Positions 1-8,692 of a stretch of DNA of 64,000 nucleotides are shown here, one piece after another (the stretch's first letter is position 1; each line of letters begins with the position of its first letter). The translations under genes and the position numbers were made by a program. This stretch comes from Longimicrobiales bacterium (GTDB lineage Bacteria; Gemmatimonadota; Gemmatimonadetes; Longimicrobiales; Gaopeijiaceae), in the NCBI GenBank assembly GCA_963664435.2, contig CAXXKM010000002.1:896001-960000 (forward strand). Direction: 5' to 3'. The notes under the pieces were generated by a model that ran no database searches, was not told where the DNA came from, and saw only the letters and a program-made list of their open reading frames with translations.

Positions 1-3000
1 AAGCTCGGTCTTGGCATCGTCCCGGGCCACGGCCCGCGCGGCCCTGTCGCCGGCAGTGGCGGCGACGACGATCCGCGTGGTGGCAGGCACGCCGACGGCC
101 ACCCCAGCGGGCAGGGTGCCGAACCCGACATCGAGGGTGTCCGACGCCGCGAGCCCCGCTACGCTCAGCGCGAGGGTGCTGGTGCCCGCTCCGGCCTGGA
201 ACGTGACCGTGTGCGTGGCGTCGCCCGCCGCGACCTCGACGGCCAGTGCCGCCGTGGCGGCGGGAGAAAGGAGCACCTCGACATCGGCCGACCCTCCCGG
301 CGCGGCCGTGTACTCGTCCGCGCCGAACGATACCACCGGCGTGGTCGCGCCGACCACCATGACCGGCGGGCTCTCGGCCCGCTTGCCCGGCCCGTGGCGG
401 TCCGTGTAGGTGAACACCGCCCGCAGGTACCTGCCCTCGTCCGCTTCGGTCGGCGTGTAGGAGCGCATGTCCGCGCCCTGGACGACCATCGTCCACGCGG
501 TCCCGTCCGGCGAGCGCTGCCAGGTCCGCATCTTGCCCCGCTCGATCGAGCGGTCCTGGTCCATCAGCGTCGCCGTGAGCCGCACGCCGACCCGGCCCAC
601 CGCCGCGCTCAGCCTGATCGCGCCCGGATCGTCGTCGTTGGTCACGCGGATCGTGACCCCGGCCGTGTCGGCCAGCGTCCCGTCGCTCGCCTCGACGCTC
701 ACGGCGTAGAGCGTGTCTCCGCTCTCGTAGTCCAGGGCCGCGCCGCCGGCCACCTTGATCAGCCCCGTGCCGGAGTCGATCTCGAACGGCAGGCCGGCGT
801 CGGCGTTCACGAACGAGTAGGCCAGATCGTCGCCGTCGGCGTCGGTGGCCGCGATGGGAGCGCCCAAGGCGGTCCCGGCCGCCGAGTTCTCCGGCACCTC
901 GCGCTCGTACAGCGCGGGGAACGACGGGGCCGCGTTCGCGGCCGCCACCCGCACGGCCGCGCTCTCGGCCCGCTTGTCCGGCCCGTGGCCGTCGGCGTAC
1001 CTGAACACGGCGCGCAGGTACTTGCCGAGGTCGGCCGCCTTCGGCGTGTAGGTCCGGGTGCGCGCGCCCGCGATGTTCGTCCACGCCGCGCCGTCCTCCG
1101 AACGCTGCCAGCGCCGGATCTTGCCCCGCTCGATCGACATGTCCTCGTCCATCAGCGTCGCGGTCAATCGCGCGCCGACCCGCGCCGTCTCGGGACTCAG
1201 CGCGATCCTGCCCGGATCGTCGGCGTTCGTCACCCGGATCGTCACCGGGACCGTGTCGGCAAGCTCGCCGTCGCTCGCCTCGACCGTCACCGTGAACACC
1301 GTGTCGGCGCTCTCGTAGTTCAGCTTCGCGTCCCCGTCCACCGTGATCTGGCCCGTCCCTTCGGCGATCTCGAACAGCGCCTCGTCCCCGCCCGCAACGA
1401 AGGCGTAATCGAGCGCGGTGCCGTCCGGGTCGCTCGCCGCCACGGGCTCGCCCACCGCCGTGCCGCCCGGCGAGTTCTCCGGCACCGCGCGCTCGTACTT
1501 CACGGGGAACGACGGCGCCGCGTTCGAGGAGGCCACCTCGACCGCCGCGCTCTCGGCCCGCTTGTCCGGCCCGTGGCCGTCGTCGTACGTGAACACCGCG
1601 CGCAGCAGCTTGCCCGCGTCGGCCGCCACCGGCGTGTAGGTCCGGGTCAGTGCCCGCGCGATGTCCGTCCACGTCACTCCACCGTCGTCCGAACGCTGCC
1701 ACTTGCGCCGGATGCTCGGGCGCAGCGAGCCGTCCTCGTCCATCAGCGTCGCGGTCATTTCGTCGCCCACGCGCGCGGTCCCGGGACTCAGCGCGATCTT
1801 GCCGGGATCGTCCGCATTCGTCACGCGGATCGTCACCGAAGCCGTGTCCGCAAGCGTCCCGTCGCTCGCCTCGACCGATACCGTGAACAGCGTGTCGGCG
1901 CTCTCGTAGTTCAGCACGGCGTCCTCGGCGACCGTGATCCCGCCCGTCGCCTCGGCGATCCAGAACGAGACCTCGTCTCCGCCGGACAGCAGGCGATACG
2001 CGAGATCGTCGCCGTCATCGTCGGTCGCCGCCACTGGCTCGCCGACCGCCGTGCCGGCCTCCGAGTTCTCCGCGACCTCGCGCTCGTAGGTGTCCGCGCC
2101 GAACGCCGGCGCGCGGTTGGCCGCCGCCGCCGTCGCACCCTCGCCCGACTCCGACCACGCGCCCGCGCCCTCCGAACTCTCCGCGCGCACCTGCACCTCG
2201 TAGGTGGTGCCCGCGTCGAGTCCCGCGATCGTGTGCGACAGCACCGCCTCCAGCGTCACCGCGTCCGACCACCCGGCATCGCCCCGCGCCCGGTACCGAA
2301 GATGGTAGGCCGTGATCTCCGGCCCCTCGTTCGCGGGTGCCCGCCACGTCGCCGACACCTCCGCGGTTTCTCCCGTCACCGCCGGCGCGTCCGGCCGGCC
2401 CGGCGCGGGAACGTCCGTCACGCGGATCAGCACCTTCGCGGTGTCCGCGAGCGCGCCCTCGCGCGCCTCGATCTTCACCGTGTGCGTCGAGACCCTCTCG
2501 TAGTCCAGCGCCGCGCCACCGGCCACCGTGATCTGGCCCGTCCCGCCGCCGATCTCGAATAGTGCCTCGGAGCCGCCGGGCACGAAGCTGTACGCCAGCG
2601 GCTCCGCGGGGCCGCCGCCGCCCGCCGCCACGGGCTCGCCCACCGCCGTGCCGGCCGCCGCGTTCTCCGCCACCTCGCGCTCGTAGCCGTCCGCGCCGAA
2701 CACGGGCACGAACGCCGTGGCGCCCCTGCCCGACTCCGACCACGCGCCCGCGCCCTCCGAACTCTCCGCCCGCACCCGCACCTCGTAGGCGGTGCCCGCC
2801 TCAAGCCCCGTGATCGTGTGATCGAGCGCCGACCCCGGGATCGCCGCGTCCGACCACGCGCCCTGACCCCGCGCCCGCCGCCGGGTCCTCTCGCCCTTCG
2901 TGGGCGTCACCTCTTCACCGTAGATTTCAAAAAGCCTTCCCAGCGTGAGCGGCTCGGGCTCGGCTTCGGCCTTGCCGTTGGGCTCGTACATCGCGAAGCC

Positions 3001-3195
3001 CGCGGCGGCCTCGTCGGCTTGCCGCTTCGCGCGAGCCCAATCGCGGTGTTTCAGCGACCGGCTCAGCCTGCGACCGTTCTCCCGCCACTCGATCTGAAGC
3101 AGGCCGGTCTTCGGATCTGGGAACACCCTCACCCGGTTCCGGCCCCACTCTCCGGCGCTGTAGCTGCGCCGACCTCGTTTCGTGCGTGCCATCAT
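1..3195 (-). CDS. Chimeric ORF (3' end beyond window): about 105 aa tyrosine-integrase N-terminus fused in frame to an FN3/cadherin-repeat surface-protein body
   Basis: Manual minus-strand translation from ATG 3195/3192 (GGAGG RBS upstream): MMARTKRGRRSYSAGEWGRNRVRVFPDPKTG...EEVTPTKGERTR|RRARGQGAWSDAAIPGSALDHTITGLEAGTAYEVRVRA...LDYE... Frame checked codon by codon over 2221-3195 and 1-180. Absent from the ORF track, apparently because it has no stop inside the window. Confidence 0.8.
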   Translation of the reverse strand, partial: MMARTKRGRRSYSAGEWGRNRVRVFPDPKTGLLQIEWRENGRRLSRSLKHRDWARAKRQADEAAAGFAMYEPNGKAEAEPEPLTLGRLFEIYGEEVTPTKGERTRRRARGQGAWSDAAIPGSALDHTITGLEAGTAYEVRVRAESSEGAGAWSESGRGATAFVPVFGADGYEREVAENAAAGTAVGEPVAAGGGGPAEPLAYSFVPGGSEALFEIGGGTGQITVAGGAALDYERVSTHTVKIEAREGALADTAKVLIRVTDVPAPGRPDAPAVTGETAEVSATWRAPANEGPEITAYHLRYRARGDAGWSDAVTLEAVLSHTIAGLDAGTTYEVQVRAESSEGAGAWSESGEGATAAAANRAPAFGADTYEREVAENSEAGTAVGEPVAATDDDGDDLAYRLLSGGDEVSFWIAEATGGITVAEDAVLNYESADTLFTVSVEASDGTLADTASVTIRVTNADDPGKIALSPGTARVGDEMTATLMDEDGSLRPSIRRKWQRSDDGGVTWTDIARALTRTYTPVAADAGKLLRAVFTYDDGHGPDKRAESAAVEVASSNAAPSFPVKYERAVPENSPGGTAVGEPVAASDPDGTALDYAFVAGGDEALFEIAEGTGQITVDGDAKLNYESADTVFTVTVEASDGELADTVPVTIRVTNADDPGRIALSPETARVGARLTATLMDEDMSIERGKIRRWQRSEDGAAWTNIAGARTRTYTPKAADLGKYLRAVFRYADGHGPDKRAESAAVRVAAANAAPSFPALYEREVPENSAAGTALGAPIAATDADGDDLAYSFVNADAGLPFEIDSGTGLIKVAGGAALDYESGDTLYAVSVEASDGTLADTAGVTIRVTNDDDPGAIRLSAAVGRVGVRLTATLMDQDRSIERGKMRTWQRSPDGTAWTMVVQGADMRSYTPTEADEGRYLRAVFTYTDRHGPGKRAESPPVMVVGATTPVVSFGADEYTAAPGGSADVEVLLSPAATAALAVEVAAGDATHTVTFQAGAGTSTLALSVAGLAASDTLDVGFGTLPAGVAVGVPATTRIVVAATAGDRAARAVARDDAKTEL
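350..2700 (-). repeat. Internal tandem domain repeats of the adhesin (four cadherin-like domains, about 590 bp period)
   Basis: CTCTCGTAGT (end of the LDYE/LNYE cadherin motif on the minus strand) recurs at 722, 1310, 1901 and 2495, spacings 588, 591 and 594 bp. Confidence 0.85.
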
Positions 3196-3311
3196 TCGAT
3201 TCCTCCGAGTGATGGACTGCACGATCCGCCTATCGGAAAACTCGTTGGGAAGCGGCTTGTTCGCCAGTCGCGGATTGGCTCGCGCTTCGGGGGGCGGACT
3301 CACGGCGCGCT

Positions 3312-5333
3312 TCATATCCGCCCCTTCTCGCGGAGCCGCCAGTAGCCCGTCTCCCTCGGCAGGTAGTGGGGCTTCAGGTAGACGCGGCGGGCCGGAAGCG
3401 ATTTGACCCCGTCGTACGGAAGGCAGATCGCCTGGTAGTTGGCGAGGAGCCCGAACTCGCGCGGCGTGAACACCGGCTCCCTCTGCTGCCGGAACGACTT
3501 GCTCGCGCCGATGGTGCCCCGTCCCCCTCCGGCGCGGCCGGAGAGGAGCGAGAACTCGGGCCTGCCGGTGGTCTCGGTGAACGTGTAGGAGGGCTGCGTC
3601 TTCATGACGGAGCCGCACATCTCCGACGCGATCCGGGCCGACGCCTCGTCGGAGAGCGACAGGAAGATCCGGGTGCGGAGCGTCTGGACGAGCGTGCGCC
3701 ACGCCTCGCCCGAGGGCAGCACGGAGCGGAGCGAGGAGATCGACTGCGTCGCGACGATCGGGATGCAGCGGCACTGCCGGGTGAGTGCGAACGCCTTCTC
3801 GTCGCCCGAGGGGTCGTCCTGTCCGACGGTCGCAAACGCTTGATACTCATCACAGATGAACACGGCGGGCCGCATGTAGCGGCCGGGGCGGCGCGCGGCC
3901 TCGGCCGGACGCCGGAGCAGCGCCTGCATCCAGGCATTCTTGAGAAGCACGCCGATGGCGCGGGCAAGGGCGGGGTTCGCTCCGGCGGGCATGTTCAGGG
4001 CGAGCACCTTGCCTTCGTCGATCAGCTGCGCGAGTGGCGGCAGCCTCCGGCGCAAGCCCGGCACGGGATGGCTGTTGATACTGGTTTCGTTGTTCTCGGC
4101 GGACGGAGTCTCGGTGGGTGGCGGCGGACAGAAGACGCCCGCGACCTCCGGCAGGTCGAAGAGCGATAGGAACACGCTGATGCCCTCGACGATCGAGGTG
4201 CGGAGCTTGGCGTCGAGCTCCAACCAGTCCTTCCGATACCACCGCTCGATGGCCTCGACCTGTTCGGCGACCTCCCGGCCCGCGCCTCCGCCGGCCTCTT
4301 CGGTCTCGTAGGCGACGCCAAGTTCGTCGAGCCGCGATTCCAGCACCGGGTCGAGACGGCACGCCACGTTGCCGGTGCCGGGCACGCGCTCGCACGCCCA
4401 CTCCTCCAGCGCCTGCGGGTGGGCGATCATGTCCTCGTGCGAGATGACGGCGCGCTTCGGACGGAGCCGGTCCGCCAGCTCCCGCGCCTCGCCGATCCTC
4501 CGCCCCAGGAGTTCCGCGTCCACCGTGCAGCGGTAGATGTCCCGGAGCGTGACCCAGCCGCCCGGCAGGATGCGGTGGACCTCGATGATCCACCGCACGA
4601 GGTTCGTGTAGGCCTGTTGCCAGAACGGTTCCCCGCTCTTGCCGAAGAGCTGGTTGATGAGCGACGCGACACCGTAGGCCGCCGAGTAGGAGTCGAGCAG
4701 CGGGTCGTCGAGCGGGTTCCACTGCCACGAGCCGCCAAGCCCGATTTCGAGGTAGTCGTCGCCCCGCCCGGCATCGTCGAGGATGCTCCGAACCTGATGG
4801 CAGAAGTCTCCTTTGACTTCAAGCACGAGCGCGCCCGCGCGCTTGTGGGGATCGTCCGCGCGCCACGAGAGAAGCTGCTTGGCGAACGGGTACATGCAGG
4901 CCGTGGTCTTGCCGGTGCCGACGGCCCCGACCACGAGCACGCCGGTGTAGAGCCCCTTCTCGGGGACGACGAGCCACGAGGGCCGCTCGCTCTCTCTCGC
5001 AACGGTCGGATGGTGCATCTCGCCGATCACCAGCGATGGCGCTTCGTCGTTCGGCGAGGTGGGCCACTTGGGCAGCCTGCCCCTGCGCCGGAACCTGAAG
5101 AGGGGCTGCAACCAGACCCGCCAGACCGAGAGGACGAGCGCGCCCGCGAGGATGACCGCGACGCCGGGCGCCGCGTAGTACCAGATGCGGATGGCGGCGT
5201 GGATGCCCGGATCGTTGTAGGCGATCAGGTCGAGATAGGGGTTGTCGCCGATGGCGGGGAACGGCAGTTCGAGCGCGTGCGCGCCCGCCGTTCCGATGGC
5301 GGCACCGATGACGGCGACCGTCGAGTTCCTCAT
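3312..5333 (-). CDS. Type IV secretion coupling protein (TraD/VirD4 family ATPase)
   Basis: Start taken at MRNSTVAVIG (ATG 5333), followed by N-terminal TM segments, Walker A GAVGTGKT, Walker B FICDEYQAF and IVATQSISSL. The upstream part of ORF 3312..6632 is antisense to IS110. Confidence 0.85.
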   Translation of the reverse strand: MRNSTVAVIGAAIGTAGAHALELPFPAIGDNPYLDLIAYNDPGIHAAIRIWYYAAPGVAVILAGALVLSVWRVWLQPLFRFRRRGRLPKWPTSPNDEAPSLVIGEMHHPTVARESERPSWLVVPEKGLYTGVLVVGAVGTGKTTACMYPFAKQLLSWRADDPHKRAGALVLEVKGDFCHQVRSILDDAGRGDDYLEIGLGGSWQWNPLDDPLLDSYSAAYGVASLINQLFGKSGEPFWQQAYTNLVRWIIEVHRILPGGWVTLRDIYRCTVDAELLGRRIGEARELADRLRPKRAVISHEDMIAHPQALEEWACERVPGTGNVACRLDPVLESRLDELGVAYETEEAGGGAGREVAEQVEAIERWYRKDWLELDAKLRTSIVEGISVFLSLFDLPEVAGVFCPPPPTETPSAENNETSINSHPVPGLRRRLPPLAQLIDEGKVLALNMPAGANPALARAIGVLLKNAWMQALLRRPAEAARRPGRYMRPAVFICDEYQAFATVGQDDPSGDEKAFALTRQCRCIPIVATQSISSLRSVLPSGEAWRTLVQTLRTRIFLSLSDEASARIASEMCGSVMKTQPSYTFTETTGRPEFSLLSGRAGGGRGTIGASKSFRQQREPVFTPREFGLLANYQAICLPYDGVKSLPARRVYLKPHYLPRETGYWRLREKGRI

Positions 5334-5520
5334 CGGTGGAACCCCCTTCCCGGAGGGATCGTTGGTACGGGAGCGACCCGGCGGGGAGGGCGGCATGGGC
5401 CTGCACATGCCGAACCGCCCCGATGCCGCACCAGGCATCCCAAAGGGCCGGGTCGCTTGTCTCTTCCATTCTTGGAGATCCCTGCTTGATTTGCAGGTCC
5501 GGGTCACGGGGATGGCCCGG

Positions 5521-5704
5521 TGTGCTGGATGCCCGCAGAGGCGAGCGGAGCGAGCCGGAGCGGGCATCCAGCACAGACGGTGGTCGGGCCGTCGGGTCGC
5601 TGGCCGCAAGGGCCGTACGGGAGTTTGGTCGCCACCGTCTTTCCCACGTCCTGAATGGATACTTGAGCATCGAGGCTCGCACGACAAGCACAGGAGAAAG
5701 GGAA
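5521..5704 (+). ncRNA. Predicted IS110 bridge RNA (5' hairpin, target-binding loop, donor-binding loop)
   Basis: 16-bp perfect stem 5521-5536/5560-5575. Stem-internal loop-stem at 5575-5640 and 5641-5704. Loop sequences match the donor junction and the target flank. Confidence 0.75.
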
Positions 5705-5709
5705 AGCAC

Positions 5710-6711
5710 ATGAGCACCAGCCGTCGCACCGTCGGGATCGACATCTCCAAGGACTGGCTCGACGCCTTCGCGGCGCCCGAGGGGAGAGCGTCCCGGTTCT
5801 CGAACGACAGGGCCGGCTTCCGGAAACTGATCGCTTGGATCGGCTCCGGGATCGACCGGATCGCGTACGAACCCTCCGGAGCCTTCCACCGCGACCTCGA
5901 GGACACCCTCCTGAAGGCCGGACTCCCCATGTATGCGATCAACCCCTTCCAAGTCCGGTCCTTCGCCCGGTCCCTCGGCCAGCGAGCCAAGACCGATGCC
6001 GTGGACGCCCGGATGCTGGCCATCATGGCGTCGGCCATCGAAGACCTACGCCCGGCGCAGGCGAAGTCCGAGGGGCAGCGCGACCTTGCCGAGCTCCAGC
6101 AGATCCGCGACGCGCTGCGCAAGGACCGGACCGCCACCTCCAACCGCGGCAGGCACTTGCGCACTCCCGTGGGCAAGCGGGTCACCAGGCAGAGGCTGAG
6201 GCAGATCGAGCGCCAGCTGAAGCTCATCGACGCAGAGATCCGGCAACGGGTGGAGGAGGAGAAGGCGCTGGAGCGCCGGGCCGAGATCCTGACCTCGATC
6301 CCGGGCATCTCGGACATCACCGCCGCGGGACTGATCGTCCACTTGCCGGAGCTCGGCACCCTCACCGGCCCCCGCGCCGCCAGCCTCGCCGGACTGGCCC
6401 CGGTCACCCGGGAGTCCGGACACTGGAAGGGACGCAGCTTCATCCAGGGCGGCAGGCGCCGGGTGCGCCAGTTGCTGTACATGCCCGCAGTGGCTGCGGT
6501 CCAGCACAATCCCGACCTCGGGCGCAAGTACGAAGCGCTCGTGGCTCGGGGCAAGCCGCCCAAGGTCGCCCTGACGGCCGTGATGCGGAAGCTCCTCATC
6601 CTCGCCAACGCCCTGGTGCAGCAGGACCGCACTTGGACGGCGCACCCGCCGCGGGAATACTCCTGCCCGGCCTTCCCGACGCCCAGCCCGGCGGGGAGCG
6701 TTCACGGATGA
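5710..6711 (+). CDS. IS110-family recombinase/transposase
   Basis: MSTSRRTVGIDISK, AYEPSG and KTDAVDA (DEDD RuvC-like domain); SIPGISDIT and GLAPVTRESG (C-terminal Tnp domain with catalytic Ser). Confidence 0.95.
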   Translation: MSTSRRTVGIDISKDWLDAFAAPEGRASRFSNDRAGFRKLIAWIGSGIDRIAYEPSGAFHRDLEDTLLKAGLPMYAINPFQVRSFARSLGQRAKTDAVDARMLAIMASAIEDLRPAQAKSEGQRDLAELQQIRDALRKDRTATSNRGRHLRTPVGKRVTRQRLRQIERQLKLIDAEIRQRVEEEKALERRAEILTSIPGISDITAAGLIVHLPELGTLTGPRAASLAGLAPVTRESGHWKGRSFIQGGRRRVRQLLYMPAVAAVQHNPDLGRKYEALVARGKPPKVALTAVMRKLLILANALVQQDRTWTAHPPREYSCPAFPTPSPAGSVHG

Positions 6712-6797
6712 TCGAGCCGGGCAAGAACGGGCACCGCAACGGAAGCATCGCGAGGGGCGCTGCGAGACACGTCGCTCCAAGAAAATCGGGCATCCGC

Positions 6798-6803
6798 TTG
6801 ACA
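6798..6803 (+). promoter_or_regulatory. Outward-facing -35 hexamer (TTGACA) in the IS110 right end
   Basis: Consensus TTGACA just inside the right end, typical of IS110 circle-junction promoters. No convincing -10 found in the left end. Confidence 0.45.
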
Positions 6804-6991
6804 TGGATACTCCCGTCCACGGCCCGGAGAGGCGGATCGGCACCGGCAATCCGCAGGCCGTGGCCCAACCCCAAGCCGTTCGGCGACTTGCGGAACCCTC
6901 GTTCCGCACAACACGGCCGCATTTCGCTGCACAAGCACCCCGATGTCGTTTTCACACCTCCGGATCGGCAACGGGCTCCCCCGAACGGCAC

Positions 6992-7927
6992 TCAAATCCG
7001 GACTCCGGAAAGATGGCTCGAACGCCATACCGAATGCCCATCGATCGTGCCTTCGGGACGAGCCGACCGGAGCAGGTCCCGCATCTCGACGAGGCGGCGA
7101 AGGCAGCCGTTGAGACCGCCCAGTTCCTCGACCGTCGCGTCGTCCATGCCCCGGATGGCGTTCTCGACCCGTGCGGCCTCGCGCCGGGCCGCCGCGACGG
7201 TCCCGGGCGGATGCACGGGACGTGGGGCCGTGTCCGCATTGGTCCAGTTCCCGAGGATCGTCCGCGCCCGGTCAAGCGGTCTCCGGGCGCACGCGACCCC
7301 GACGGCCCCGACCGACAAGCCATCCTCCCTCAGCGCCTCCCAGAGCCTCTGGTGCCGGTCCCGCCACGAATGGAGCGCGGTCGAGGTGTCGTAGCCGGGA
7401 TCGGCGTGGACGAACACGGCGCGGCGGGAGTCCAGCGCCACGGGCATCCCGCGCGGGAAGTAGCGCCGCGCGCCGCCAGCCGCTCCCCGGTAGACCCGGA
7501 CGGGCAGCAGGGAGCGGTGGATGCCGAGCGCCTCGAACGCGCTCACCTTCTCCGACTCGGTCGGGAGCCAGGGCAGGTCCGGATGCTCGATCACGTAGTC
7601 GAAAGAGAGCAGGCGGCGAACGACCACCTCGGTCGAAGTGGTCCTGCGGTGGCGGATATCCTCGGCACCGAGCGCCCGGTAGACCCCGCGCGCGCAGACC
7701 CGGCAGACCTTCAGGCCCCCGACCGTCTCCTCGGTCAGCAGCCTTCGCTCCGTCAGAGCCTGAATGAGCCGGAGCACCTTGAAGCGGCTGGCCCCGAGCC
7801 AGTCCGAAAGCTGCGAGCGGGTGAACACGCCGCCGTGCAGGCTCGCCAGCGCGATCCACTCGGCGCGGCGGCCCGTCAGGCCGAAGGGCTCAAGCGCCCG
7901 TTCGCGTCCCTTCAGGTGGGCGATCAT
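6992..7927 (-). CDS. Hypothetical island protein with probable N-terminal winged-helix; possibly replication/relaxation-like
   Basis: ORF from MIAHLKGRERAL (ATG 7927), co-oriented with traD. Function is inference only. Confidence 0.6.
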   Translation of the reverse strand: MIAHLKGRERALEPFGLTGRRAEWIALASLHGGVFTRSQLSDWLGASRFKVLRLIQALTERRLLTEETVGGLKVCRVCARGVYRALGAEDIRHRRTTSTEVVVRRLLSFDYVIEHPDLPWLPTESEKVSAFEALGIHRSLLPVRVYRGAAGGARRYFPRGMPVALDSRRAVFVHADPGYDTSTALHSWRDRHQRLWEALREDGLSVGAVGVACARRPLDRARTILGNWTNADTAPRPVHPPGTVAAARREAARVENAIRGMDDATVEELGGLNGCLRRLVEMRDLLRSARPEGTIDGHSVWRSSHLSGVRI

Positions 7928-8425
7928 CGGTTCCCCTCTTCCGAGCCTCCTCGGCTCGGGGAACCGCCGCGACCCGGAACGCACCGACACCGGGGGACGG
8001 TCCTCGGCGAGACATCGAACTGCTTCGTCACGATCTCCATGCGCATCAACCCGAACACGGTGTCAGCAAGCCACGCAAGTGAGTGGGGAATAGGCCATTT
8101 CCCACGTCTCGACGGGGCAACGGGTTGCCGGATCCGGGTTCGGCCACCCGTCGCCAGTGACCGCTCGACGCTTGCTCCGCATCCCTGCGGAGGAGCGCCC
8201 GCGTCTGTACGCCGGATCGGTGGTCTAACTTCTCCATGCCCGAACGGTGAAAGATCGTTTGTAGGGAAGTCAACTCATGGGAAACGTCCCATTGTGTCAT
8301 GACGGATCATGACGTGTCATAAAGGGTCAGAGCCTTCGGATGCCGTCGCCAGCGGCGTGGCGAACGACCCCCATGGAGTCTCCGTGGTGGAGCGGCTTAG
8401 GGGTGGCCGTCGAGCTTGCGAGGTC

Positions 8426-8438
8426 GGCCAAATTGGCC
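8426..8438. promoter_or_regulatory. Palindromic operator candidate GGCCAA-A-TTGGCC upstream of phd
   Basis: Inverted repeat about 35 bp upstream of the antitoxin start. Phd proteins typically autoregulate. Confidence 0.35.
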
Positions 8439-8472
8439 AAGACTTAGATTGCCACCTAGTCGGAGGGATCGC

Positions 8473-8661
8473 ATGCGGACGCTGAGCGCGAAAGACGCGA
8501 AGTACGGCTTCGGTCGATTGATCGACCTCGCCCGCGCCGCGCCCGTAACGGTCGCCAAGTACGGGCGACCGGTCGTTGTGGTGCTCTCGGTCGAGGAATA
8601 CGAGCGGCTGAAGGCGCTTGACGCGGGTGAGGCCGGCCGGGAGACGGAGGATCGGCAGTGA
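8473..8661 (+). CDS. Phd/YefM-family antitoxin (no adjacent toxin)
   Basis: MRTLSAKDAKYGFGRLIDLARAAPVTVAKYGRPVVVVLSVEEYERL matches the Phd fold pattern; GGAGG RBS. Confidence 0.85.
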   Translation: MRTLSAKDAKYGFGRLIDLARAAPVTVAKYGRPVVVVLSVEEYERLKALDAGEAGRETEDRQ

Positions 8662-8692
8662 CACCGAACGGAACGGGAGGCCGCTGAGACGG

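Larger units (their letters stand above)
5482..6811 (+). mobile_element. IS110-family element (IS110/IS621-type, long left non-coding end), bounded by CT core dinucleotides
   Basis: CT at 5482-5483 and 6810-6811. Ends inferred from guide matches in the left-end RNA. No terminal IRs or target duplication beyond CT. Confidence 0.8.

Noticed and set aside
211..2562. 783-aa plus-strand ORF
   Set aside because: Antisense shadow of the cadherin/FN3 gene; Arg-rich with no recognisable motifs.
5242..5709. N-terminal extension of the IS110 ORF (489 aa)
   Set aside because: Covers the structured non-coding left end; the DEDD domain begins right after ATG 5710.
5334..6632. Apparent 1106-aa TraD with a long N-terminal extension
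   Set aside because: The extension is antisense to the IS110 transposase and its left end; the real start is most likely 5333.
7924..8046. 40-aa minus-strand ORF (MRMEIVTKQFDVSPRTV..) overlapping the next start
   Set aside because: Only a faint HTH/excisionase resemblance; too short to support.
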